From positions 327,439-391,438 of the forward strand of contig NW_004797555.1 of NCBI RefSeq assembly GCF_000002075.1: a stretch of DNA of 64,000 nucleotides, given 5' to 3'. The position numbers were made by a program, and so were the translations under genes. The stretch is from Aplysia californica. Its lineage: Eukaryota. Below the pieces are notes generated by a model, which was not told where the DNA came from, ran no database searches, and was given only the letters and a program-made list of their open reading frames with translations. Positions 13,148 to 25,100 of this stretch are shown here, in pieces. The first letter of the stretch is position 1, and each line of letters starts with the position of its first letter.

Positions 13148-13322
13148 GTGGGTGGTTGGCAGGTGCTCTGGTGTGGTTTGCTTCTTCTTTCGTACCAAAC
13201 ATCTATCGTCCGTATCTCCCCTCCTTCTTTTTTGTGTTTGTTACTCTCTTGTAACACTTCTAATCTTCGCCACTTGTATGACCTTATTGTGTTGCAAATG
13301 CCGTAAAACACTAAAACTAAAA
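13148..13322 (+). mobile_element. ~180-bp headless retroposon with 37-bp flanking direct repeat
   Basis: family match; 13111-13147 repeated at 13335-13371. Confidence 0.9.
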
Positions 13323-16300
13323 GAGATTAAAAGGGCCTTTGATGTTGCTGTAGGCGATAGAACCTTTGATTTTAAATATTATGCTGTTCTAGTTTGTTTT
13401 CTTTCCTCTATCTCTTCTGTGTGTAAAGTTACGCCTTTTCTTGTCCTTCTCTCTCTGTTATGTTTTGTGGGATTTCTTTATTCTGAGTGGTTCTCACTTG
13501 ATCTTTGCACTACTTGCACTCTGCTGAAATGGTCATCTCTCTGCCTCCGGTTGCACTTGTAATGAATACCTGGATGAGAGTAAAGAACTTGGTTATTGAG
13601 CTTACCAACTTCTAAGATGTTATTATGTTTAAGCGTTGTAGATGAAACAGGTATAAACATGTGAACAGGTTTACTAACACAAAATGTGGCGGGGGGGGGG
13701 GGGGGGGGTTCATTGTGTACTTTAACCAGAACTGGAATAACCCTTATCTTTGAGTGGGTGATGGTTATCACTAAAATATTACTACTTTTGACAAAACAGA
13801 TCTTTTTGTGATTTTAGAGAGAATGAGAGTATGTGGTTTGTGGCACAATGTTGTACTCAGATTTACTTTGTACTTGACGTCTTAGAATATTTTTAGCCAC
13901 ACTGTCTCCAGCCGTTGAGAAAATCCAAATGGTCATATTGTGTCTCCAGGTGCATCCAGCCTCCTAATTTGATGTTTTTAGCATGATGTGTTTGAGCTGC
14001 TTTATTTTTTATCCCTTTTTGATGAGACAAAGAGCGTCTGGAGCAAGTATTGATTGTTTTCTTTGCTAAAAGAAATGGCCTGACATTGTTAGTGTGCATG
14101 CTAATTATGTTATGGCTGAAAATAATACATTTGACAGATGCCTCCATTTTGTGATTTGAATTTCGAGTCAGCACTAGTACGAATATACAGGTTGCTAAGG
14201 ATTGCCCCATTTTAGTCATGCTTCATGCAGCTAATATAAGAGTCCTTATAAACTCCTCCGTCAAAATTTGTGCCTGACCCTTCTTATATCAAGTTTGCAA
14301 CGCCTTTCAATCGAAAGCGTGGTCGTATCGTAACAGGTTTATGATTATGGCGTACTGTTTGAGCAAAGAAGAAAAATGTTCAAAACTGTCTGCGTTTGTT
14401 ATAGTAAAGGCTGATTCGAAACTACCCCCATCACCATCACCACCACCACCACTACCACAAACTCGGCTAGGTGGCAGAATCAAGCACAAAAGTTATATTC
14501 TTTGGAGACTACCTCTGTGGTTAGCTGCAGTCTTTCATCTCAATGCTGCCTATGATGCATTTCAGGTCCAGCTGACTTCTATTATTATAATTATCAGCCG
14601 ACTGGTAATTGTTGTTTTTTGTACTTCATTTGTTTTTTGTTGTTTTTTCTTGAAGCAATTTACACATATCTTTAATGCTTCTTTCACCAAATATTGCAGT
14701 TGTGACCCTTTCGCGTTTAGAATAGTTGATTGTTCTGTCTAGACGCATCGTTGCTGTTACTGTACCATAATCACTATGGAAAATTTAAGTCGATAATATT
14801 TATAGCACATGCATGACCCTCTTTCAAGGCACTAATATTTTACTCAAAGTGTTGAAAATATATTTTGGGCATAAAATTTTCCAGAATGGGACAGATGTAT
14901 ACTAAACTAGTGTTATTCAACGATGATTGGAAATTTGCTTTAAAAAAAACTCTGTGGAATGAAAATGCAAGTGAATTGTGTGTTTTAAGAGTGTGAGGAC
15001 TGATATTAACATTTTTGAACAAAAAAACATCTTTTCTGTCAAGTTCAGACAAATTGGGAAATCTCTTAAATAAAATGTGTAAAGGATGATACAATTTGTC
15101 TACTAAAGAAAGGATAATAGCTTTTTGCTATGTGTTTTTTTATATACTCTGGCGATGTTATTTTGTTTTTAAAGAGTCTGTCGTTGTTCTGTCCTGTACA
15201 GTTATTTTTGTTGTTATTATCTCTTGTTTCATTAACTAGCGCTGTTACATTTTGAAAACAAAACCAAATTTTTAAGGGGCTATTTTCTCGTTGGACGAGG
15301 AAGGAGCCAAGACGTGGCATCTCGTCTTTCCTTGTACTAAGATTAGAGGGATTCATTCTAGTTATGTTTAGACTTAACTTAGTGGACACATCGAAAACAG
15401 AGGACTCATATATTTTTGGTGCGGTTTTAAAGGTGTTTTATTTTATTTTTATTTTTCGTTTAGTTAATAATGACCTCGATGTGCTTTGAGATTGTTCATC
15501 TTGGAGTCTCCTCTATCTGTTGTTCCGTTTTAAATCAGGAAAGAATAGTTCAGAAAAACTTCTGTTTTATGATTGCACAACCATTTTCAGAATGAATTCG
15601 TCTAACGCTTTAAGTTAGCTTTTTTAATGAATTAATCTTGGGCCTTTCCCCTCATAAATTCTGGCCTGATTAATCATTTGCCTAAATTTAGTTTATTAAG
15701 GGTATGCAATTATTTGTTTTAAATGTATGGGTTTCTGCTTTGCTCTTTTCTGCAAAGACGCGCATATCCGCAGTTTTTTATCTGCTTTCTTTTCAGCCAA
15801 GCTTAGCATCAGCTCAAAGAAACATAGTTCTGTTACTACTGCTTATGGGAATTATTGTGGCTAGATGAGCCACCAGTCGCAAGAGTTAGAGGGACTCTTT
15901 GCCAGTATCTGGTTGAGAAGTTTTCTTTGTTTCCTAATTACGTTTTGTGTTATTTGCTTTAAATAACAGTCCAGAACAGGTGTTCTGTTGGCCCTCAATA
16001 ATGTACTCTCTGAGCTCAAGTTTGTTGTGTTTTCTCATTCTTCTATAAGCAATCGAGTCCTGTGATGGTTGTTTTAGGGACTGGAATATTCCTCTGTTCT
16101 TGGGAAAGGAGATGAATATTTTTTTAAGTGATGCTTGTATTTCTGTACTGGTCATTTGTTTCTGCCCTGTGCCTGTATTGAAAATGCTAAAGTGCCAGTT
16201 TTGAATCTAGAATATCTGTCCTGAGCAAAGTTTTCGTGGGTTCACATTTATAAACAAAATTTTACTTCTTCTTTTTCCTCTGTTTTCCTTTTTCTTTTCT

Positions 16301-17804
16301 TTAAACTTCTCATTTCCTGTGGAGTGCACATTTCAACATTTTGAGGATAGTTTATTCAAAGATTTATGGGGACACCACACTCCTTTTCTACCACGTTTTT
16401 ACAAATTGCCTTACAAAGTAAAATGCTGATATTTGTTAAAACTTTGATTTTGTGTATTTGACCAACACACTCAATATCAAGCTTGAAATCTTTTTGTTTT
16501 GTTTTTTGTTGTATTTTTAGAATGTATTGTGCACTTTTTTTGCCATTTGTACAAATTTTGATCNNNNNNNNNNNNNNNNNNNNNNNNNNNNNNNNNNNNN
16601 NNNNNNNNNNNNNNNNNNNNNNNNNNNNNNNNNNNNNNNNNNNNNNNNNNNNNNNNNNNNNNNNNNNNNNNNNNNNNNNNNNNNNNNNNNNNNNNNNNNN
16701 NNCTCTTTCTCACTTCCTCTTTTTCTCTCTTTCTCTCTCTCACTTCCTCTCTCTCACTTCCTCTCTCTCTTCTGCTGTGTGTGTGTGTGTGTGTGTCTCG
16801 GTCTCGATGAACAGATATATAATGTGTACATAATTTTTTTTATGTTTGTTTTTTTACTTTTTATTCTGTATATATAGCTGCACTCCATTTATGGACCGGG
16901 GAGGGGGGGGGTCCTTTTTATATTCCTTCCTTTGACTTGTTGACTTTTTGTTGCTCCAAAGGTGAACTTACTTGAAAAAAAATGTTTACAGTCCCTTCTT
17001 TCATTGTGTGTCAGTTTCTTTGATCATTTAAAAGCAAACCTCTAGCCCCAGCAGTTATCTTACATACAACGTTTTGCGCTGAAAGGATGTTCTGAAATCT
17101 GAAACCTTGTGAGGGAAACAGATTTTCTTACAAGTTTTTCAAAAATTGCGCAGAAATTATTCTGCTTATTATGTGTTTATGGTTTTCACATAAATTTAAG
17201 AAAACAACTATGTTATATGGGGTTTTTTTATGGAAGGTTTTGGTGGGGTGCTGTTTTTTTTATTTTTTTATTTGTATGCCTGCAGTAAAATCATTATTTT
17301 TGCATTCGGCAAATAACTGCCATTCTATGTGTAATGGTAATGTCATAAACTACCACAAGATGAATAGGGCATTAATGAAAATCATGCAAAAATGAAAGCA
17401 AGATGGATCAATGACTGGTACTCAGCTGCAAGTTCTTTTGGGGAAGACTCTCACAGGATAGGAAGCCCAAAATATGGGCTAAAAACTTGTGAAATTAGTT
17501 GAAAATTGGATTAAATATGTGCTAAAAATCAAAATGATTATTTCACCGCTTTCAATAAATTCTATGAATGAAAATTACATAAGTTTTTTGGGTTTTTTTT
17601 TTTTAATGTTCATATACCCATCCCATAACTTCTAAAACACCTTCATAATGACTGTTTTATTTGTAGTAAGTAGATGTTTCACTCACACAAAAGGATTTCT
17701 TCATCTGACTTGCCGGGGGGGGGGGGGGGGGGGGGTTATTTTTAAGGTACACTGCCTATTCTTTTTGGCCCCTGTTACCTGATGTGATGTGATCTTGACT
17801 ATTT

Positions 17805-17910
17805 CGAAGTGTATACAGAGACGGTAACCGGGAACAAAGTCACGAAGTATGCAGACCCGGTAAGGGAGATCTGTGATTTCAGAAAGTTTCAGCACCCAGA
17901 CCCGGTAGAC

Positions 17911-17941
<31 letters not shown>

Positions 17942-18483
17942 AAGAGAGAGAGGGGGGGGTGGAGGGGGTAGAGAACAGGGGAAAGTGCTAGCAAATATCA
18001 CATGCCCCAGTTGACAGGAGGGAACGAGGGAAAGATAAAGTGGGTAAGAAGGTGGGGGGGAAAAGAAAGACAAAGACAAACGAAGAGAAAGAGAAGACGA
18101 CAGAGGAGAGCGAGAAAGAGATGGGGGAGGGGGGGGGAGAGAGATGGAGAGAGACAGAGAAATAGAGAGGGTGACTGCTCGATTGAAATTATGACATTGT
18201 TCTTTTCTTTAAATTGTCTTATTGATCCTCAACTACAAAACGGAGGAAAAACGATCGCTCATCGAAAAGACATCCGCAACCTTCACTGAGATCTAGGTCT
18301 CGAAACTAGATAAATGATTTATGTCTGTCTGTCTAGATCTAGACCTAGGCCATAGATGTAGAAGAACCTAAGTCTACCCTGAACCAAGAGGGGGCTTAAA
18401 CTCCGAAATCACAAAAGATTTCCTCTACCGGGTCTGTATACTTCGTGACTTTGTTCCCCTTTACCGGGTCTGTGTGCACTCCC
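17805..18483. mobile_element. Unclassified TIR element with ~75-bp inverted ends and a GA-rich interior
   Basis: gtgtatacagagacggtaa..gaacaaagtcacgaagtatgcagacccggta is mirrored at about 18405-18483. Confidence 0.7.
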
Positions 18484-18521
18484 TTACCATTTTGCACCAC
18501 TTGACTGACATTTGTCCTCAG

Positions 18522-19019
18522 CAGCCATGGAAATGGCCGGGAATGTGGTACCGGTACCAGCAAATTCTGCAACACAACATTTTGTCAAGGGATCCGACGA
18601 TTTAATCAAAATGCATGATGCTGCTCCCGGTAGAAATCCTGGCCTTTTCCTCCCACCCGCATCAAGTTTTGCTCAAATGGGCTACATAGGCCAAGGCCAG
18701 CCGGTGGGCTCACTCGGTGGTTCCGTGGGTTACGCGGCCAACAACAACTTCCAGACTGCCTCCTACACCTCGCCCGTTCAGCAGCCACTGCCCACCTCAA
18801 GTTTTGGCAAGCAGCCCGTTCCGTTTGGAGCAAAAGCTTCAACAAACTCGCAAGCTGCCTCTGGAAACATAGGACAAATGCCGGGAGGAATCACTCCGCA
18901 GCAGCATCAGCATCAGCAGCAGACGTCTGCTGCAGGGTTTGGTGCTGCGTCTGTGGGAGCGGCCCAGTCGTGGAACAGCTACGGGGGCCAGGTGCGGCCT
19001 GGGTTTTATGGTGTGCCAG
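18522..19019 (+). CDS. SMAP1: Probable alternative 498-nt SMAP cassette exon (AAMEMAGNVVPVP...RPGFYGVP/G)
   Basis: ttgactgac branch point, NAGNAG acceptor (cagcag), gtaata donor, open 166-codon frame, phase 1-1, coding-like composition. Confidence 0.7.
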
Positions 19020-20064
19020 GTAATAACGACTTGTTGTTCATGGCTGCCAGCGTTTGGCCTTGGACTCTCCTGCTGCCCCCCTTTTTTCCACCGTCCCGCC
19101 TTCCTTCAAGGGCGGTGGTTTTTTGGTCTCTTGCCTTGCATGGTGGATGAGGGATTTGATGCTCTTTTCGTTATTTGCCTTCCTCTCTGTCACAAAAGGG
19201 ACCTTATGATTATGGAGGTTGAAGCAGTTCTTCTTTGCAATGTTTTTGAGGGTTTTTTTGTTGTTGTTGTTGTCGGTTTTATTATTTTTGCTGAGCATCT
19301 CAGCTTTTTTTTGCATTATTTTCTGATGTTTATCCCTGTCCAAATCTTACAGAGATGTTAAAGCACAAGTAAATATGGAGGTTTTTTCTCTGAGTTATAC
19401 GTGCTTAGTCTTTTAGTAGGAAAATCATTTGTGATTTTGTACATTTGAGAAGTAAATCTTCCTAGTGACAGTGACAGTTTTGAGAAATGAGCATTTTGTT
19501 TGAATGCAATGTTACCAGAAAATGTTAACTTTATTTTTTTTTCCATCTTAAAGTAGGCCTACCACAAAGATATCATGTGATCTTTGACAGCTTTTTGACC
19601 CGTGGTAGCAGGTTCTCATGTGTATTAAAAAAAACAGGGAAAACATATTTTTAGACGGACTTTCTCATACTGGAAGGCACTTTTTTCAGTCTTAGAATTT
19701 AATGCACCAATCACACCGTGCTATTTCCTGACTATGCAGCTCTGAAGGGGCTTTTTTTTTCCTTATGAATTTTTTGCATGGTTTGTAGCAATGATGCTAC
19801 TCTTCTTGTCTCCACACATTTCTGTAATTTGCAGGAGCATTCATCATTGTCAATACATGTCCCATATTTTTTTTGTCTGTGTGTTCATTTGTTTTTGTGG
19901 ATTTATTTATCTGCAAGAAAAGGCACAAGAAGATGTCATGTGAATGAAAAAACGTTACACTATTGAATCAGTGATTATTAAGGGATGGTGGGTGGTTAAT
20001 ATTTAATTTTGGCAATTTAGTGATAACCCCCTCGGCTTTCTTTGAATAAAGAATTGTACTACTG

Positions 20065-20388
20065 GCTGATGGTGGTTGAGTGGTTAGGCTACCGGACTTG
20101 CAATCGTGAGGTTGCGGGTTCAGGGGTTCGAGCCGCGGGCCCGGCGTTGTGTCCTTGGGAAAGACACTTTACTCACATTTTCCTCACTTCAGCGAAAGAT
20201 CTTGTCAGTGTGTTTGTGTTTTAGCGCCTATAAATGGCTGCTTGCACTGTATGCTTCCCAGGAAGTTGAGGTTGTTTCAGAATGCTCTCAGGTCTGCTGG
20301 GGTAATAGTATATTTTGTGAAGCGCATAGAGCTTGCTGTTGAACGAGGATGTGCGCAATACAAATGCAATCTTTTATTATTATAATAT
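20065..20388 (+). mobile_element. tRNA-headed CORE-type SINE
   Basis: A/B boxes, gttgtgtccttgggaaagacacttt CORE-like block, (TTA)n tail; tail fragment also at about 41020-41095. Confidence 0.75.
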
Positions 20389-21176
20389 AAAACTGTTGGT
20401 TCACTTGTAAGTTACGTCAGTATGGGTAGACCTGTTTGTTGAAAGCTGACTCAGCAGTCTGCCACACTTGACTTTGTCCAAAAAAAAAAGAAGGCCTTGT
20501 TTTCCTCAGACAAGGAATGTATTTTAGACTTCATTTGCGATTTGCCAATGAAATTAAAAAGTTTCTTCCTCTCTGAAATGGAAGCCTTTTGCCCAATATT
20601 TCTTGGTGGTCTCATGACCATTTTCCAGCGGTGACATTTTGCTCTGCTTTTTCTTTTTTTTTCAAGAATATATATTGTTTTAATTAGAGTTGTGTTGCCT
20701 TATTTTGGTCAGTTGTGGACCTTCTTGACCATATTCTCAAGGGTTTTCCTTTTCATCTCTCTGACAAGCTCAAACTGCAGAAATTTTAAGGAGTAAATAA
20801 ATTTAATTGAGGTCTCTTGTGATCAGCTGAAATTTAAGTGAAATATAGTTGTTTTTTTAATTTGAAAACTTTCCCAGTGATTGAAACAAAATAGTTTTTA
20901 GGTTGGTTTTTTTAAAATCCAAAGTCCCCCACACAAGAGTGGAGATTGAAAGTTTGAAGTACTAATTGCAATGTTAACATAGGTTTTGTTGGGTATAGAC
21001 CTAGATCTTGTGATTTTTTTATTTGGATTACTGTGCCTTAAGGTTAAGTGTAATTGAAGTTTTGAGCACTCAGTTAATTTCGACTGACGTATATTAAGTT
21101 AAAAAATATATTAGCAACACTGAAACTATCTGTGCACTGTAAAAACCATGCTGCCTGGTCGATGCTTTTCAGCATT

Positions 21177-21359
21177 TTGTCCCCTCGGTTTTATGCAAAA
21201 AAAATTCTGAAATTACGCAAACTGAGCCCAAAAATGTGAAATTATGCGATTCTGTTAATTTTTAAAAAAGAATGATTAAAGAAAATAATCAGAAATTGTT
21301 ATTTAAAAATGATCAAATTTTGCTAAATTATGCGGGGTGCATAAAACTCCAGGGACAGA
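21177..21359. mobile_element. ~180-bp MITE, second copy (inverted)
   Basis: reverse-complement match to 34931-35112. Confidence 0.75.
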
Positions 21360-22015
21360 GTAACCATGATGGATTAGAGCATTTTCCTCAAAAAGCAGTT
21401 TTCTAATTCATAAATAGCTTTTTCCCTTACTTATTTCTTTGTTTCACACTGTGCTTTCAGAACATAAAAGAGCCTATCTACTTATAAAGCTGTTCAACTG
21501 TTTCCTTTTCCCTTAATATAAGATAGGTTTTTAAGACTGCTCTTTTTCTAAGTCGTGTGAATTGCAAAAAGAATAATCAGTCAATGACTAAAGCTAAGTT
21601 AGCTACATAGATCTATATCCTACTTCTCGTAGTAGTCTAATGCTTTCTTTTCCATACTCTTTGCTTTACATAATTTTTTAAAAAGTTATATAGATGTCAG
21701 ATCAAGTTAAGAGGCAACAAATGAGAAGAAAAACTATCTTTTGCCTACATAGTATACTTTTAAAAAATCTCAGTTCAGCGAATAGGTATTTTAGTCAGCC
21801 ATCATGAAATATTATATAAGTACTCGTACTCTTAAATTATACAGGTTTTTTTATATTAGAGACTTATCAAAAACAAAACATCTTTAATTTGGAACTTTAA
21901 AGTAAGCCTGGCACAAAAATGCACTGTCTTTGAAATGATGTACACTGTTATAGAGATACATCAGTTTCATGATGGGTTGTGTTATTATTATAAAAGATGT
22001 TTTTTTCACCTTCAT

Positions 22016-22034
22016 TATATATATATATATATAT

Positions 22035-22076
<42 letters not shown>

Positions 22077-22080
22077 TATA
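22016..22080. repeat. (TA)n microsatellite
   Basis: direct reading. Confidence 0.9.
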
Positions 22081-22970
22081 AGTTTGTTTTGGCTCTTACG
22101 TCTGTTACAATCTGTGAAGCTACAGCTGTCTTCAGTACTCTGCATCGTGTCTGTAGAAGTAGATCAGTCTGGGGGGTATTGAAATATTCTTTCTTTGACA
22201 AACAATACAAACTCTGTTCTAGTTGTGTTTTAATAGTGTTTAGACCACTGTGGTATGGTATTTTAACATATATATATTAAAAAACCTGCAAACTTTACTT
22301 GAAGGTATTTTTTGTTTTTTTTTGGGTTGGGTTTTTTTTTTTTTTGTTTGGGGCTGGGGGGGGGGGGGGGGGGGTAAATTTTCATTGTGCCCAGTCTTCA
22401 TTGCCTTCTTCAGTGATTATATGCTTCATGCAAATATTGTGCACTTTCTTCTACATTATTGTATTATTATATTATTATTATTTCACTTTCACTGTGCATT
22501 CTATATTGGGACTCCTGTCTCCGTATGTGCATGCATATATTTTGTGTGTGTTTTGGTTTTCCTGATTAATCTAAGGGTCTGCCTTGGCATGAAACTCAAG
22601 CTGGATTGATGTACGCTATAACCACCTCTCTTGCTTCACTTGCTTGGCACATATTTGAATATTTTTTTTAATACCTTATTTTGTGCATAAATGCTACTGT
22701 GTGTTTTTGTGGGAGTAAACTCGTGTGACTTTTATTTGTATTGACTTTATTTAGTTTTGTCGAGATAGTGTATTGGTTTATTTAAATAACATTTTTTAAG
22801 CTATTGAGTATTAACATTTTGTGTGTGCATGTGTGTGTGTTTTATGTGTTTCTTAATCGAATACACGTATAAACAAATGAATGAATTCTGTATTAACATT
22901 GTCAGTTAGTTTATATTTGAATGGTATTATTGAGACCTTATTTGATTGGATGTGTCACTTGTGCTTACAG

Positions 22971-23260
22971 GTGGAGTCTACATGCCTCAGGGACAACAGA
23001 TGTACCAGCAAGGAATGATGGGACCACAGCAAGGCATGATGGGACCACAGCAAGGCATGATGGGACCTCAGCAAGGCATGATGGGATCTCAGCCAGGAAT
23101 GATGGGACAGCAGCAGGGCATGATGGGACAGCAACAGCAAGGCATGATGGGACAGCAGCAGGGCATGATGGGAAATCCACAAGGCATGATGAGACCACAG
23201 CAGGGCATGATGGGCCCGCAGCAAGGCATGATGGGACAGCAAATGATGAACGGGTCCCAG
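22971..23260 (+). CDS. SMAP1: SMAP Gln/Gly/Met-rich exon with 11 QQGMMG-type repeats
   Basis: ttacag acceptor, gtctgt donor, phase 1-0; a Met-rich C-terminus is typical of SMAPs. Confidence 0.88.
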
Positions 23261-23594
23261 GTCTGTTTATAAGTTCAGAAAGTTTTGGCACGTGTGTGTG
23301 TGTGTGTGAGCATTGACAGGGTGCATGCTTTTGTCTTCCACTTCCTGTGCTAGTCGTGAAAAAAAGTTAGGAGTAAGCAATGTTCTAGGGTATACCATCT
23401 TAGGTGGGTTATTGTGTCTTGTACTTCGAAACCTTGTCAAAAAAACTCATTTTATTTCTGGTCCTTCTCATATGCGGAGAACTTTTATTGAGTGTCTTGG
23501 TCTTTCTGCTGGGATGCTCTATCCCATTGACACTGACAGACAGGGTAGAAGCCTATCTCACTTGTGTCAGTGTGGAGCGTAAAAGACACCTAGA

Positions 23595-24451
23595 CAGTCG
23601 AACCTGTGTGAGACGGAATCGCAAGGGAGCCTGAAAAAAATTCCGTCTTAGACAGGGGAATTTAGGGGGAGATGGAAAGGGTGGGGGCAGGGGTTCAAAG
23701 GCCCAGCTGGTGGGATCAAAGATCGCTCGTCACCTCTCATGTGCTGTCCTCTCTAATAATGACATGCGTCAGTCTTATTTATCCAATTATCACCAGTGCT
23801 TGCCTTTCACAGGACCACTGTTAGACCTATTAAAAATAAAAACGTTTGAACATCTCCGTTGCTTCCGCCCTTGGCCCCACCCACAGGTGTAAAACGCACT
23901 GTCAACCAATGCCATCCCTCACTGTCATCATGTAACAATGATTTGAGGAACTCTTTTTTCGGCTGGCCATACGATCAGGGCAGCAGGCATTGGTCCGATC
24001 TAATTTTACACCTCTGGCTTCTGGCTACCCAGGAAAGTTTCCGTAGTGGCTCGCTACTCGAGCATTCTCATGGGCAGTTGTGAGATTTCACATCCACACT
24101 ACCCTGACCATCTACATTGCTCAGGGCTCACATGATGGGGTAACATCTACCCCCGAATTGCACCCCTACTCCCCTTCCTCGCCCAGTAGCATGGCCATGG
24201 CATTAAGTTTAGAGCCGGCGGAACCAAACTTGCAAGTTTTGTTTCAAATCAGGGCTGAGCGGGCAAAGCATTTTCCGTCTTAGACAGGTAAAACCCTCGG
24301 AAGGGAGCGGATTTTTCTTTCCGTTTCTGCGTTAGACAGGTTTCCGTTTTATACATATAATTAAAGAGGAATATATCAAGGGGGGAGCGGGGAGATTCCG
24401 TGGAGACACGTTTCCATTTTACACAGGTTTCTGTTAAGGCAGGTTCGATTG
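23595..24451. mobile_element. Tc1/pogo-type MITE
   Basis: CAGTCGAACCTG...CAGGTTCGATTG-TA ends. Confidence 0.65.
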
Positions 24452-24577
24452 TATCTTAAAAGTTCCCTACTTTGAATGAAAGCTATATGAAATGGTTTTA
24501 GTTTTATGTTTCCCACATGTTGTGGCAAAAATTACATTGATGTTCTCTTTTTTTTTCCCTCCACCCCCTTCCCACAG

Positions 24578-24667
24578 CCTAATGTGTACAACGGGCAGCA
24601 ACAGATGATGGGAGCAAACCCAGGGATGTACACACCCCAGCAGATGCAGCAGCTACAATTCCAGCAG
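24578..24667 (+). CDS. SMAP1: SMAP exon (PNVYNGQQQMMGANPGMYTPQQMQQLQFQQ)
   Basis: long pyrimidine tract plus cacag, gtgagc donor, 90 nt, phase 0-0. Confidence 0.9.
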
Positions 24668-24685
24668 GTGAGCAAACTTGTTGGA

Positions 24686-24900
24686 GTGGGCGGTTGGCGG
24701 GTGCTCTGGTGTGGTTTGCTTCTTCTTTTCTATCAAACATCTATCGTCCTTATCTTTCCTTCTTCTTTTTTATGTTTTTTACTCTCTTATAACACCTCTA
24801 ATCTTCTGGCGCTCATATGACCTTATGCAGTTGGAAGCACCCTGAAACCTCTACTAAAACTAAAATAAATGCCGTAAAGCACTTACCAAAACCAAAAAAA
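24686..24900 (+). mobile_element. ~180-bp headless retroposon with doubled tail
   Basis: family match; fills most of the last SMAP coding intron. Confidence 0.9.
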
Positions 24901-24956
24901 CGAGTCAGCATCTCTCAAAAACCCGTCCTCTGTCTGTCTCCCTGTCTCCCTCACAG

Positions 24957-25100
24957 ATGCAGCAGCAGATGACGTCGATGAAGCTGAACGGCTCACAGAT
25001 GGGCGGGGTTCCCCAACAAGCCGTGCCGGGGAGCGGTGCCGGCAGCTCCTGGGGCGCTCCCAACTCAGGACACACGCTCTCCACCAACCTTTGGCAATGA
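24957..25100 (+). CDS. SMAP1: SMAP terminal coding exon ending GHTLSTNLWQ*
   Basis: tcacag acceptor; C-terminus matches the SMAP G(Q/H)TLST(Q/N)LW(K/Q) signature; TGA at 25098-25100. Confidence 0.93.
   Translation: MQQQMTSMKLNGSQMGGVPQQAVPGSGAGSSWGAPNSGHTLSTNLWQ

Noticed and set aside
22993-23250. Possible CRISPR-like array
   Set aside because: Contiguous coding tandem repeat with no unique spacers, in a eukaryotic exon
22921-23316. Overlapping repeat ORFs (RHDGT, HHALL, VPSCLA) in other frames and strand
   Set aside because: Shadows of the 21-nt QQGMMG coding repeat; only the Q/G/M frame fits the SMAP splice phases
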